The notes under the pieces are model-generated. The model was not told where the DNA came from and ran no database searches. It saw only the letters and a list, made by a program, of their open reading frames with translations. This document shows, piece by piece, positions 38,056 to 47,924 of a stretch of 64,000 bases of DNA (its first letter is position 1; each line of letters opens with the position of its first letter). The position numbers and the translations under genes were made by a program. The stretch lies in the IMG/VR virus record IMGVR_UViG_3300046543_000266, positions 124,001 through 188,000 of that record; one strand, 5' to 3'.

Positions 38056-38897
38056 CGCTGCATCGCCTGAATGATTTCCGTCTTCATCTTGTCGTGCTGC
38101 TCTTGCATGACTGTACCAAGCCGAGTACGACTCTGCACCATGCGCTCCCGGAATTCCTTCATGTTGGATTCGGGCAGCCCCAAGGTCTTGGCGTCATCGG
38201 TGATAAGCGCTAGCTCCTTCATGATCGCCATACCGATGTCCAGCATACCCGGACGCAGCACCTTCTCGACCAGCATCATGCCGACGGCACCGCGGTCTTG
38301 CGTGGACTGCAGGTCGATCATCAGCTCACGGATCGACTGGACCAAGCCGTTGAACGAGTGAACGCCGTAGCGGCCCTTCGACTCACGAATACCAGCTTCT
38401 ACTTCCGAGATCAAGTCGATGGACGTTTGGATAAGCCGCTTGTTCAGCTGGGACAATGCGTTGTCCGCTTCACCAGCTTCCAGCATCTGTTGCAGTGCTT
38501 CTGCGTCATCACCGAGGATAGAGTTCAGACCCTTCTTGTTGAGGCGCGAAATACGACCCGGCTTCTGCGGTTCCAGCACCATGAGCTCAGTCCCCGGTTT
38601 ATTCGGGGACGGGGCGGCTTTAGCTTTCTCAGCCTTGGGTGCCAGATGACGCTTGGCCTTCTTTGCTTTCGGAGGACGCGGCCGGAAGTCATTCTCGAAA
38701 TCCGCGTCGTCCGGTTCATCTGTGTGGCGCGCCTTCTCAGGCTGTGCTGCCGACTTGTTCTTCCCCTTGCGCAACGGTTGCTCGTCGCCGTCTGCACCTT
38801 TCTTCTTGGATGGCTTTGGACTGGGGGACTGGGAAGGGTTGCTACCGGGACCCGAAATGTTGAACGAAAAGTCCCGTGTTTTAGTTTTCTTCAACAT
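38052..38897 (-). CDS. Hypothetical protein (Lys/Pro-rich N-terminus, helical C-terminus; terminase small subunit candidate)
   Basis: ORF is clear; function suggested only by position. Confidence 0.45.
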   Translation of the reverse strand: MLKKTKTRDFSFNISGPGSNPSQSPSPKPSKKKGADGDEQPLRKGKNKSAAQPEKARHTDEPDDADFENDFRPRPPKAKKAKRHLAPKAEKAKAAPSPNKPGTELMVLEPQKPGRISRLNKKGLNSILGDDAEALQQMLEAGEADNALSQLNKRLIQTSIDLISEVEAGIRESKGRYGVHSFNGLVQSIRELMIDLQSTQDRGAVGMMLVEKVLRPGMLDIGMAIMKELALITDDAKTLGLPESNMKEFRERMVQSRTRLGTVMQEQHDKMKTEIIQAMQR

Positions 38898-38922
38898 CAG
38901 CTACTCCTTTCGTGCGTGCTGG

Positions 38923-39177
38923 TCACTCGCTGTCAGCAACCGGAAGGGCGATACGGTGGTCTTCGCACACGAGAACCGGAATGCCGTTGGCGTGGCTGGC
39001 AGTCATCGGTTGACGGCATTCGGGACACAGACCCTTGCCTGCGACTTCGGCGCTCATGTCGATGCGCGCAGTCAGCTTCTTCTGGGTGGTAGCGGCAGCC
39101 GCGCCAATCTTCTTCGCGACCGCTTCGCTTTTGGTGGACGATGCTTCGAGATACGCTTTCGGGAATTGCATTGCCAT
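38923..39177 (-). CDS. Zn-ribbon small protein
   Basis: CPECRQPM...VLVCEDHR. Confidence 0.6.
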   Translation of the reverse strand: MAMQFPKAYLEASSTKSEAVAKKIGAAAATTQKKLTARIDMSAEVAGKGLCPECRQPMTASHANGIPVLVCEDHRIALPVADSE

Positions 39178-39179
39178 GA

Positions 39180-39794
39180 TTACACTCGCTTGTTGATTAA
39201 GGGCATACGGCTACTGTCTTCGACCATCTTGACGATGCCCATCGGCTGGTAGTCAAGGTATTTACCAAGACCGGCTTCCAGACCATACAGACCGATGAAG
39301 CTGCAGTCCAGTTGGTGCGGAGGCGTCCGACAGACACGGTACAGCTGATCAAGAGTGTAGCCTTCGAACCGCCGATGGAACTCGTTCTTCCACGTTGCCG
39401 CGGTGATGTACTTGACAGGAACGTTGTAGCGGCCAGCCAGCAGACCGTTCATCATCGAGACGCATTCAATGAGCGGACCCATCGAACTACCACCACGCGT
39501 CTGGAACCGTTCGGCGATGATGCCGTTCGGTTGATAAAGATCGATCCACCTACCAACCTCAGTCAAGAACAGATCGCGCTGCGGGCCGAACTTCGTCAGA
39601 TCGTAGATTGGATTGGTCAGGATGGCGTTAGCCAGAACCCCGACCTTTCCGTTCTCGTTCACGGCAACTACCGAGATTCCCATATTGCGACTTCCCGGGT
39701 CGAATGCCAGCACCCGCTTCGTTGTGGGCTTCAGCTTCACATTGTCCGGCAAGTCATATTCCCGATTGGGCTTTCGTATTTTTCTGCGGGCCAT
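39180..39794 (-). CDS. ruvC: RuvC-like Holliday junction resolvase
   Basis: VLAFDPGSRNMG, IIAERFQ, TAATWK, HQLDCSFIG: RNase H-fold catalytic acidic residues. Confidence 0.8.
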   Translation of the reverse strand: MARRKIRKPNREYDLPDNVKLKPTTKRVLAFDPGSRNMGISVVAVNENGKVGVLANAILTNPIYDLTKFGPQRDLFLTEVGRWIDLYQPNGIIAERFQTRGGSSMGPLIECVSMMNGLLAGRYNVPVKYITAATWKNEFHRRFEGYTLDQLYRVCRTPPHQLDCSFIGLYGLEAGLGKYLDYQPMGIVKMVEDSSRMPLINKRV

Positions 39795-39842
39795 CTCGTG
39801 TTACCTCGTATTCACATACGGTTAAATTGCGACAATCCGCAA

Positions 39843-42104
39843 TTAACGTAAGCCCCTGAATCCTCGGAAGGCGCCACCACTGCGTCCGGCACTGGCGGGC
39901 ATCGGCATGGTTGCACGACTCCCGTCGTACGTCCAGTCCTTGGCTTCGTTCAAGCGTTCCATGATTTTCGGATCGTGTAGCTTGGCACCCCACAGCACGA
40001 ATGCACGGAAGATGTCGTCTGTGAATCCGTCACCCTTCTCAGGGCAGCGCGCTTCGCCAACATCTTTCACGGTAACGATCTGGAGCATCAAGTGCGGGAC
40101 AGGCTTGCCGAACATATCCGTCTTGTAGTTCTCGACACGTCCGTCCAATATCATACGTTTCTCGGCGTCGTTGATGGTTGGGGCGACGATGTTCTTCTGT
40201 CCAAGCATTGCCACCACTGCGTTGAAATCCTTCCGACGCGGACTGTACTGACGCGCCAAACAACGCGGCTTCTGCGACGGGTTGTTACCCATGTCATCCT
40301 TCGCACGGTTCAGCAAGTCGATGGATTGCCACTGATCCGCCAGCAATGCCACAGCGTTGAGTTGCTTGAGCATCGGGAGGATCACGTGCTGATACATCAT
40401 ATTGTGATTGATGCGTCGGCCGTCATGTGGCATACACTCGATGACTGTAGTCAACACGCTCTTGCCTGAGTTGAAGTCGTAGTGACCGCCACACAGCGTG
40501 AACGAGTTATCTACTACTCCAGCGTCGATAGTTACCAGTGACGGCCAGCGGAAGCTACGAACACGATCCAGCTTGAGGTAGACCTCGTCGGCCTTGTCGT
40601 ACTGGTAGGTTGCGTTGTGGCTGTTCTGACCGTTAACGAAGATCTCCTCTTCAACAACCTTGGGCTGAATGAACCGCGAGTGTACCGACGGCGGATTAGC
40701 CCCGAAGTCTCGCTCAGCCTTTTCCGGATTGGAGTTGTAGGCCATAGCGATGATCGGATCGTCCTTTTCCATTTCCGGGTGCATTTCCCATGTCGGGAGA
40801 TTCACGCCCAGAATGTACTTGGATCCCACTTCGGTGCGCGACTCAGCCAGCAATCGCATCACCTTATCGCGCTTCGAGATCGGCGACGACACGCACATCA
40901 TCAGAGCAGATGGAGCACTGGAAAAGCCAGCGGCCAGCAACTTGCGGCTCACCTTCTGCACCGTAGTCAGACTGTTGGTCAGTGACTTGTGTGCTTCGTC
41001 AGCGTTGGCGCGCTCGGACTGTTCGTCCTCATCTTCGTTACCTTTCGGCAGCGGGAACAAACCCAATTCGTCAAGGGCAGCGCCGATGCGTGTGTCACCC
41101 CGGAGGGTAGTAGAGTTCGGCCCACTCGGGTAGAACTTCATGTTGCGGTGATGGAACGTCAGGTACATTGACGAGTCGCGATACAGTTCTGTGCCTGAAC
41201 GGGCCTTGGTATCGTCCAACACTTCGAAGTATGATTGGAACCAGGAACTGTTGTCAATCAGCTTCTTGAACGGAGTCCACAACACGCCGACGGCCTTGTT
41301 GAAGTTCAAGCTGACCATCGTACAGGTCAACTGCGTCGAGGCTTGCATCATAGTAGGAGCGAGCTCCGCGATGTTCGGAAACATCAAATACTGATGGGCC
41401 ATGTACGCAAAGTAGCCAGCGGCCGACGATGATTTGCCGGATCGCTGGCCCAGAACGTTGACTAACTGCTGATAGTGATGCAGACCGTGGTTCTTTATCA
41501 GATCCCACTTGTGACGCTTGCACTTCGGACATACACCGTGCTCCAGCATCACCACGCTCTTCTTCAGGCGATCTGGTTCCAGTGCCTTCGGAATGTTGTA
41601 GATGTCGAATACGCGCTTGTCCGAACAGCACGGGCAGATCTCGGCGAACAACATCAGGCCGATCCACATCTGGCGCGCCCACGGAACGCTGTACTTCGGA
41701 GCATCACGCGACAGCACATTCATAGTGAAGTCGTAGAAGTTCTTGGCATGAGTAAGCTGTCGTGTATCGATCTTCAGATCACGTAGCGTACCCGTTGCCG
41801 GATCCTCCGCGTCGTTCATGTAAGCCAGGATGTCGAAGTCATCGACGGCCATACCACCTTCTTCGAATCCACCATGCTTGATGATGTACTCGTCAGGCGA
41901 GATCTCCTTGAACTTGATCTTCTTGCCCTTCTTCTTGGCAAGTTTAGCCTTCAGCATCCGCTTCTCGTGGATGCGTTGCATGTCGTCGTCAGACAGCAAG
42001 CCCTTCAGGAAGACGTCGGCATCCGCGTCCATCAAGCTGTCGGTACGAGCCGTTGCCAAGCGATCACTCGCAGACTCCACGGCATTATAATCGATCTTCT
42101 GCAT
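39843..42104 (-). CDS. terL: Terminase large subunit
   Basis: Start at ATG 42104 (SD agga). Walker A GQRSGKS, Walker B AALDELG, motif III CVSSP, nuclease TIDAG and DDIF. Confidence 0.85.
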   Translation of the reverse strand: MQKIDYNAVESASDRLATARTDSLMDADADVFLKGLLSDDDMQRIHEKRMLKAKLAKKKGKKIKFKEISPDEYIIKHGGFEEGGMAVDDFDILAYMNDAEDPATGTLRDLKIDTRQLTHAKNFYDFTMNVLSRDAPKYSVPWARQMWIGLMLFAEICPCCSDKRVFDIYNIPKALEPDRLKKSVVMLEHGVCPKCKRHKWDLIKNHGLHHYQQLVNVLGQRSGKSSSAAGYFAYMAHQYLMFPNIAELAPTMMQASTQLTCTMVSLNFNKAVGVLWTPFKKLIDNSSWFQSYFEVLDDTKARSGTELYRDSSMYLTFHHRNMKFYPSGPNSTTLRGDTRIGAALDELGLFPLPKGNEDEDEQSERANADEAHKSLTNSLTTVQKVSRKLLAAGFSSAPSALMMCVSSPISKRDKVMRLLAESRTEVGSKYILGVNLPTWEMHPEMEKDDPIIAMAYNSNPEKAERDFGANPPSVHSRFIQPKVVEEEIFVNGQNSHNATYQYDKADEVYLKLDRVRSFRWPSLVTIDAGVVDNSFTLCGGHYDFNSGKSVLTTVIECMPHDGRRINHNMMYQHVILPMLKQLNAVALLADQWQSIDLLNRAKDDMGNNPSQKPRCLARQYSPRRKDFNAVVAMLGQKNIVAPTINDAEKRMILDGRVENYKTDMFGKPVPHLMLQIVTVKDVGEARCPEKGDGFTDDIFRAFVLWGAKLHDPKIMERLNEAKDWTYDGSRATMPMPASAGRSGGAFRGFRGLR

Positions 42105-42111
42105 GGCAATC

Positions 42112-42831
42112 CTATTCTTCAATTACCGGCGAACGTTTAGGTGTGGGTGTCTTGGGCGTGTCGTCGGAAGACGCTGCTGATTGGGCTTTCTCTTTCGGCC
42201 TACGACGTTCATCGTCGGAAAGCGCCGGGAAGATGATATTCGCTGGCTGCTTAGGCGTGATTGAGTTGATCAACGAGTCGACTGCAGACCGCGGCAATCC
42301 AAGATACTTTGCAATGTAGCGAGCCATCAACAATTGAGATCCGGTCGCTACCATGCGTTCAAATTGCGCGAATTGGGTATTGTCGACCTCAGCGTTCAAG
42401 GTACGCTGGACTACCTCACGTGCTTGCGAGGTGCCCGCCTGAACGGCCAGAGTAAGCGGTCCGAGGTCATTAAGGAAGAACTCTCGTACACGCTCGATGT
42501 TGGATTGGAGGGCGACTGGAAGCTCGTCAGAGTAGGCACTCTTACGGATCTCCACCTCCTCGGTGATGAGGGATAGTGCGTGCGGGGCCACCACCTTCTT
42601 GGTAGCATTCAACGACTCGTCGAAGGACTGGGTCGGACGGTAGAAGAAGCGGGAACGCCTGGACTTGGTGGTCTTTTTCTTTTTCTTGGGTGCTTCGGGA
42701 GCTTCCACTTCGGGTTGCTGCTGTGACTTCGGTGTCGGGTGGGCCATCACAGTCAGCGCACTGAGAAGATCGTCTGCCACGTCCTCCTGCTTCTTGGTGG
42801 ACAAACTCAGGTGGGATAAACGACTTGCCAT
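42112..42831 (-). CDS. Hypothetical protein
   Basis: Start moved to ATG 42831 because the track start overlaps recA. Confidence 0.6.
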   Translation of the reverse strand: MASRLSHLSLSTKKQEDVADDLLSALTVMAHPTPKSQQQPEVEAPEAPKKKKKTTKSRRSRFFYRPTQSFDESLNATKKVVAPHALSLITEEVEIRKSAYSDELPVALQSNIERVREFFLNDLGPLTLAVQAGTSQAREVVQRTLNAEVDNTQFAQFERMVATGSQLLMARYIAKYLGLPRSAVDSLINSITPKQPANIIFPALSDDERRRPKEKAQSAASSDDTPKTPTPKRSPVIEE

Positions 42832-42863
42832 TGCGGACCTCTGACTGTGATGGTTGATTACGA

Positions 42864-44417
42864 TTACTCTTCTGCGTCGTCGTCCATGGACTTCGACTTC
42901 TTCTGGTTGCGTTTCGCTACGTACAACTCTTCGCCAACGCCGGAAGCCAACTGGCGGAAGCACCACGAACGCAGATTCATAGGCTTGTAACCCATGCGGT
43001 TCGAATGCTCGGTCATCTTGGCCTTGTCGCCGAGGACCCATTCCTTGAGTTGCGCCCAGCTGATGACCTTCTTACCAGCGCCCAGACCCTTGAGGTCGAT
43101 ATACATATTTTTCCGATTCTTGCCGGTGAGCTGGCCCGTCTGGCGGAGATAGTACACCGTGTCGAAGAACGGGTCGAAACCGCGAGCTTCACCACTGCCG
43201 TCTTCTTCCCACAAGCGAACGAAGCCCATACGACCCGGCGTCCACAGCTTGTTCTTGATAGCCTTGAACCGGACGTAGCGATAACGGTCGGTGCCCTCTA
43301 CTTCTACCGACGGCTCGTGCTCGCGACGATCTTCCGCGTCGAACTTCGGATTGAACGGCAGGTTCGAGGCCAACGGCGTCCATTGGATACGCACGTCACT
43401 GTTGAAGCGCAGTGCCTGTCCACCCGGTTCTGCTTCCTTCGGACCGTACATCGCCATCGGAACAGCACGCAGCTGATTGATACCAATGACCGCGACCATC
43501 TTTGATGCCAGACGACCCTTCACGCGCGGCAGATGCTTCGAGAACATACGCGCTTGCAACGCCAGCGAGTTGTCGCCGTCTTCCTTGTCGTTCGACGTCG
43601 GGTTCATTGCCGGATACGAGTCGACCAAGATCAGAGCTTGCAGTGCTCCATCGGGTGCCGGGATCCAGATGCCCTTGCCGTACTTCTTGGACATCGTCTT
43701 GTCGGAATGGCTATCGAGCTTCGCCTTGTTTTCCTTCGTCTCGTCGAACACGAGCCACCACTTACCCGCGATGAACTTCTTGTCCGGCAGCTTCTGCAGC
43801 ATGTCGTGCAACCAGTCGAAGAACTTCTCGCCGATGGTTTCCGCACGATAACGCACACGCGGAGCCACCGTCCACTTGCCGGTTTGCGCGTCCTTCTTGC
43901 CGAACACTTCCTTGATCGAGATCTTCGCGCCGCAGGTACGCAGAATGTTGGCGACGTAGGGCTTGGAGTTCTTGGTCGAACCTTCGTAGTCCGCCAGCCC
44001 GATGATCGGGATGTTGGCGTTGATACCAGCGGCCATGATGTGCAGCGCGCCAGTAGTCTTACACGACTGTTCCGGGCCGAAGTGGGTGTACCATGCCGGG
44101 CGGATACCACCACCCTCGACGAGGTCCAGCGCCAGAATGCCGGTGGACATCGGCGGTACGTCTTCGAGCAAGTCGCTATCGAAGTCTTGACGGCGGCTGA
44201 CGTCGTCGAGCGTATCCGAGTACAGACCAGCGACGTCGAAGGTTACTTCACCCTTCGCACCCTTCTTGCCACGAGGTGCCTTACCTACGACCGCTTCGAT
44301 TGCTTCTTCGACTTCGTCTTGCTTGGCGCGGCGTGCTGGAGCTCGCTTGACTGCTGGCGCCTTCTTGGCTGCGACCTTACGGGCCGGAGCCTTAGCTACT
44401 GGCTTCTTTGTTGCCAT
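42864..44417 (-). CDS. recA: RecA/UvsX-like recombinase
   Basis: STGILALD, GPEQSCKTT (Walker A), LILVDSYPAM (Walker B), LQARMFS, INQLR, PGGQALRFNSDVRI, IKNKL. Start set at ATG 44417. Confidence 0.9.
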   Translation of the reverse strand: MATKKPVAKAPARKVAAKKAPAVKRAPARRAKQDEVEEAIEAVVGKAPRGKKGAKGEVTFDVAGLYSDTLDDVSRRQDFDSDLLEDVPPMSTGILALDLVEGGGIRPAWYTHFGPEQSCKTTGALHIMAAGINANIPIIGLADYEGSTKNSKPYVANILRTCGAKISIKEVFGKKDAQTGKWTVAPRVRYRAETIGEKFFDWLHDMLQKLPDKKFIAGKWWLVFDETKENKAKLDSHSDKTMSKKYGKGIWIPAPDGALQALILVDSYPAMNPTSNDKEDGDNSLALQARMFSKHLPRVKGRLASKMVAVIGINQLRAVPMAMYGPKEAEPGGQALRFNSDVRIQWTPLASNLPFNPKFDAEDRREHEPSVEVEGTDRYRYVRFKAIKNKLWTPGRMGFVRLWEEDGSGEARGFDPFFDTVYYLRQTGQLTGKNRKNMYIDLKGLGAGKKVISWAQLKEWVLGDKAKMTEHSNRMGYKPMNLRSWCFRQLASGVGEELYVAKRNQKKSKSMDDDAEE

Positions 44418-44443
44418 GAGTTCTGTTCCTGGGAAGGGCAAAT

Positions 44444-44483
44444 GAAAAGACCCGCCGCGAACGGTCATCTGTTCGGCGGCGGG
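44444..44483 (-). terminator. Intrinsic terminator/attenuator between ssb-like gene and recA
   Basis: CCCGCCGCCGAAC...GTTCGCGGCGGG followed by TCTTTTC on the - strand. Confidence 0.65.
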
Positions 44484-44529
44484 CCCGAGGCTTCACGATG
44501 AGTTACGTGAGCTATTTACTACTGACGCT

Positions 44530-46068
44530 TTAGCGACGTGCCTTCTTCACCGGAGCCTTCTTACGTGCGGGCGGCTCGTCGTCCTCGTCTTCATCTTCGT
44601 CGTCGAAGTCATCGTCATCTTCATCTTCTTCCTCGACGACCTTCTTGCTTTTGGCTGCCGTCTTCTTGGCGGGAGCCTTGGCTACCGGCTTCTTGGCACC
44701 CTTCTTGGGCGGCGGGGCTTCGTCTTCATCTTCGTCGTCGAAGTCATCTTCATCTTCGTCATCCGAATCTTCGTCCTCGTCCTCGTCTTCCTCGACGGCG
44801 GCCTTCTTGCCCTTGGCTACAGGCTTCTTCGCCGGGGCTTTCTTGGCACCCTTCTTCGGAGCCGGCTCGTCGTCTTCGTCTTCGTCTTCGTCCTCGTCGT
44901 CGAGATCGTCGTCTTCGTCTTCCGAGTCTTGATCATCCTCGTCGTCCGAATCTTCGTCCTCGTCTTCATCATCGCCGAAGTCGTCCTCGTCTTCTTCGTC
45001 TTCCTCGACCTTCTTGCCCTTCTTGGCCGGTGCAGCCTTACCCTTCTTGGGCGGCGGTGCATCGTCCTCGTCTTCATCTTCGTCGTCGAAGTCATCGGAC
45101 TCTTCGTCCTCGTCTTCTTCGTCTTCCTCAGCAGCCTTCTTGCCCTTGCCCTTTGCCGGAGCAGCCTTCTTGGCGGGAGCCGGTTTGCCCTTGCCCTTCT
45201 TCGGCGCCGGTTCGTCGTCCTCGTCCTCGTCTTCCTCGTCGAGGTCTTCGTCCTCTTCGTAGTCGTCTTCAGCAGCCTTCTTGCCCTTCGACTTCACCTT
45301 GATGCCCATGCGCTTTGCCCACGATTCGTAGTCACGCTTGGTTTCTTCTTCCGTCGATTCAGCAGCCAGATCCGACAGGTCCCACGTGAGGAATGCCAGT
45401 TCTTCTTCGGTCAGCGGCGAACGCTCGCCGATCTGCACGGAGTACTGCTCAGCCGGTGCCTTCGTGCTGTCGAACATGATACGCACGTCGCAACCGAACT
45501 TATCGTGGCTGACTGCGTAGGCCGTCGTGCTGCCAGTCTTCTTCGACGTTACCGTGTTGAGGGGCTTCAGTTCAGCCAGCTTGCGGATAGCGCCGCCCGG
45601 CAGTGCCAGAGCAACCCACGGTGTCCACGTTTCCGAGTCCTTGTCCTTGTGGCCCGACTTGCGTTCGGCAGCCGTCGGCTTCGGCAGACGCGACGGTTGC
45701 TGCTTCTGGGCAGCACGCGACAGAGCGTTGCAGTAGAACTTCTTTGCCACCTGAACCGTCTTCTTGTCGTTCTCGCGGATGTCTTCCTCTTCCTGCACGA
45801 TTGCATACCACGGATCGTACTTCGTGGTGTCGAACTGCTGCGTGTCCGGATCGTACGACGGGAAAGAGACCGGGAACTTCGTGGGCTTGCCGTCCTTCGT
45901 CTTCGTCTTGACCCAACCCGTTGCGTAGCTGAACGTCGGTCCGAAGAAGCGGAACGTCACCCACTTCTTTTCCGGGAACTTGAACAGGTTGATCTTGTCG
46001 GTGATCTTCGGTTTGTCCGAACGGTTGCCAGTGCGGACGTTATCGAAATCTGTACCCTTTTGAGCCAT
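44530..46068 (-). CDS. gp32-like single-stranded DNA-binding protein with long acidic/basic low-complexity tail
   Basis: KWVTFRFFGP, KFYCNAL, FGCDVRI..D.TK.....YSV..GERSPLTEEE fit the phage SSB OB-fold pattern; adjacent to recA. Confidence 0.6.
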   Translation of the reverse strand: MAQKGTDFDNVRTGNRSDKPKITDKINLFKFPEKKWVTFRFFGPTFSYATGWVKTKTKDGKPTKFPVSFPSYDPDTQQFDTTKYDPWYAIVQEEEDIRENDKKTVQVAKKFYCNALSRAAQKQQPSRLPKPTAAERKSGHKDKDSETWTPWVALALPGGAIRKLAELKPLNTVTSKKTGSTTAYAVSHDKFGCDVRIMFDSTKAPAEQYSVQIGERSPLTEEELAFLTWDLSDLAAESTEEETKRDYESWAKRMGIKVKSKGKKAAEDDYEEDEDLDEEDEDEDDEPAPKKGKGKPAPAKKAAPAKGKGKKAAEEDEEDEDEESDDFDDEDEDEDDAPPPKKGKAAPAKKGKKVEEDEEDEDDFGDDEDEDEDSDDEDDQDSEDEDDDLDDEDEDEDEDDEPAPKKGAKKAPAKKPVAKGKKAAVEEDEDEDEDSDDEDEDDFDDEDEDEAPPPKKGAKKPVAKAPAKKTAAKSKKVVEEEDEDDDDFDDEDEDEDDEPPARKKAPVKKARR

Positions 46069-46075
46069 GCTGGTG

Positions 46076-46468
46076 TTACTCCTGTGTGGGATGAGTTGGT
46101 CTCGACGCGCGCCCTTGTGATTGGTTCATCTGGGCGAGCGACATGGTAAGTGCCTTCTGAATACTATTTACTGTGTGCCGCAGAGTTGCATCGTCGAGCG
46201 GCGCAGCGCTATTCAGGGCAACCAGAGTGGTTTGTAGCAATGCCTGTTGATGCACAGCCAGCTGATTGGCACGCGATTCCAAGTGAGCGGCGACGAGCGT
46301 AGCAAACTTCTCAATGCCGTCAGCGTCCATCTTCTCGCGCATCATCAACGATACCGCTTGTTCTGCCTGTTGAGTGCGCTGCGAATACTCAGCAAGCAAT
46401 CCCTTGTGGGCCTGAAGGGATAGTTCGAGACTGGCCTCCCGATTGGCGTTACGGCTAACGTGCGTCAT
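46076..46468 (-). CDS. Hypothetical helical protein
   Basis: TAATG coupling to the upstream gene. Confidence 0.55.
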   Translation of the reverse strand: MTHVSRNANREASLELSLQAHKGLLAEYSQRTQQAEQAVSLMMREKMDADGIEKFATLVAAHLESRANQLAVHQQALLQTTLVALNSAAPLDDATLRHTVNSIQKALTMSLAQMNQSQGRASRPTHPTQE

Positions 46469-47439
46469 TAAATTTCCAATGCGAACGAGCGCAGTAAGTC
46501 ACGGTTCTTGCGGCTCACATGCTCGGGGATTCCGAGACTGGCTCGGATATATCCGTGCGTGTCCGCCTGTTTGGCTACGAAGGCGATGTGTTCTTCGAGC
46601 TCACCACTGGTATCCGGCATTGTGAAGCCGAGGATATCAGAAGCCGCGTCGCCGTGCGCATCGGTCAGACTCTCGACAGACTGGTCCGATTGTCCACGCG
46701 CCATGTTGGCTACTTCAGAGCGCGCACTCTTGAACCAGTTCTGTATGAATGTGGTAAGAACACCTTGCCGCGCGTCACACCGATCAATCGCCCGCGACAC
46801 CACGATCATGTACGTCTGAGCGACGTCGTCCAATGGAACGTAGTGGTTGAAGTCCTTGTAGGTAGCTTGCGCTTGCATGATCGCCATCCGGGTGTACTTC
46901 TGGACAATCATCTCCTTGAACTCGCGAGCCTTGTCATACCAGTAACGCACCTGCTGGATTGCGCTATACAGACTACCACCCGGACGCAGTCCCATCTCGC
47001 GCTCGACCTGATGCATCCGTGAGTTGCGCACCACGTTGTCCACACGGGCAAACGGTGAATGCAACCACTCGTAGTGACGCAACTTCTTCAGGAACATCGA
47101 CAGGAAGCCGAACAGCAAGCCTCGGTTGATGTACATGGACTTGGCGTGCTCGTGCGCCTTGGTTATGTCCGGGGCGGTGATTACATTGAACAAGTGGATA
47201 GCCAGTTTGGCCCGGTCATCCGACGTGAACTTGGTACTAGCCTTCAGCGACTGGTGCGCCGTGATCTTCGCCAGATAGTTGTTGAACAGCGACGGGCACT
47301 CCGCGTGAATCGGTTCGAGGGCTTTCCAGAGAAACAGGTCGAGCGTCTGCAGATACTGGAGGCTCGTCAGATTGCCCGTGATACTTTCGGTGATACCCTT
47401 CAGCGAGTCGAAGGCGCGGCTGTGCTCGTAGCTTTTCAT
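46468..47439 (-). CDS. Phage-encoded sigma-70-like transcription factor
   Basis: AREFKEMIVQKYTRMAI..A..Y.....LDDVAQ...V.SRAIDRCDARQG.LTTFIQNWFK parallels sigma region 2 (LIEANLRLV..IA..Y..DLIQEG.GL..AVEKFD...G.FSTYATWWI). Confidence 0.65.
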   Translation of the reverse strand: MKSYEHSRAFDSLKGITESITGNLTSLQYLQTLDLFLWKALEPIHAECPSLFNNYLAKITAHQSLKASTKFTSDDRAKLAIHLFNVITAPDITKAHEHAKSMYINRGLLFGFLSMFLKKLRHYEWLHSPFARVDNVVRNSRMHQVEREMGLRPGGSLYSAIQQVRYWYDKAREFKEMIVQKYTRMAIMQAQATYKDFNHYVPLDDVAQTYMIVVSRAIDRCDARQGVLTTFIQNWFKSARSEVANMARGQSDQSVESLTDAHGDAASDILGFTMPDTSGELEEHIAFVAKQADTHGYIRASLGIPEHVSRKNRDLLRSFALEI

Positions 47440-47441
47440 GA

Positions 47442-47894
47442 TTACTTCTTACGTTGAGATACCGGCGAGGGTTTCTGAGGCGGCGGGAGTTTGGACTCGA
47501 TCTTGTTGAAGAGGGATACGACATGCTTGCACATCCCTGTGCGAAGCTCGGGATTGGTTTGGATCGGATACTCGCCGTTGGAGTACTCGATATCAGCGGC
47601 ACCCTTCTCGTGTAAGGCCGTTTCCCAACGGTACGTGAAGTCGGCGCAACTGCAAGACAGCTTGACGTGCAGTTGCTTGTCCAAGAACACAATCACAGTC
47701 ACGTACTTCTGTGGGTCTGGGTTCTTGACCGGACGGCCCTCGTTGTTGATGACGTGAGTGCTGTAGCTGGCACTCGCCACGTATCCTCGACCTTTAGAGT
47801 CGAAGCCCTTCTTCATATCGGTGATCCGCACGTACTTCGCACCCTCGTGGCGGAGGCGAGTGGTACGGCGGATGATTTGCGGCAATGTCAGCAT
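47442..47894 (-). CDS. SWIM zinc-finger protein
   Basis: CSCADF...GMCKHVVSL (CxC-xn-CxH). Confidence 0.75.
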   Translation of the reverse strand: MLTLPQIIRRTTRLRHEGAKYVRITDMKKGFDSKGRGYVASASYSTHVINNEGRPVKNPDPQKYVTVIVFLDKQLHVKLSCSCADFTYRWETALHEKGAADIEYSNGEYPIQTNPELRTGMCKHVVSLFNKIESKLPPPQKPSPVSQRKK

Positions 47895-47924
47895 GATGGA
47901 TCCTCGGTGAGCCGAGTAATCAAA

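Noticed and set aside
42864-44417. Intein or intron in RecA (about 45-aa insertion before Walker B)
   Set aside because: Too short, with no C/S...HN-C/S/T splice motifs or LAGLIDADG blocks; the frame is continuous.
44530-45300. CRISPR-like or satellite DNA repeats (tcgtcttc runs)
   Set aside because: These are degenerate Asp/Glu/Lys codon repeats within one open frame, with no constant repeat and spacer periodicity.
44929-46149. 406-aa hydrophobic + strand ORF
   Set aside because: Antisense shadow of the low-complexity SSB-like gene.
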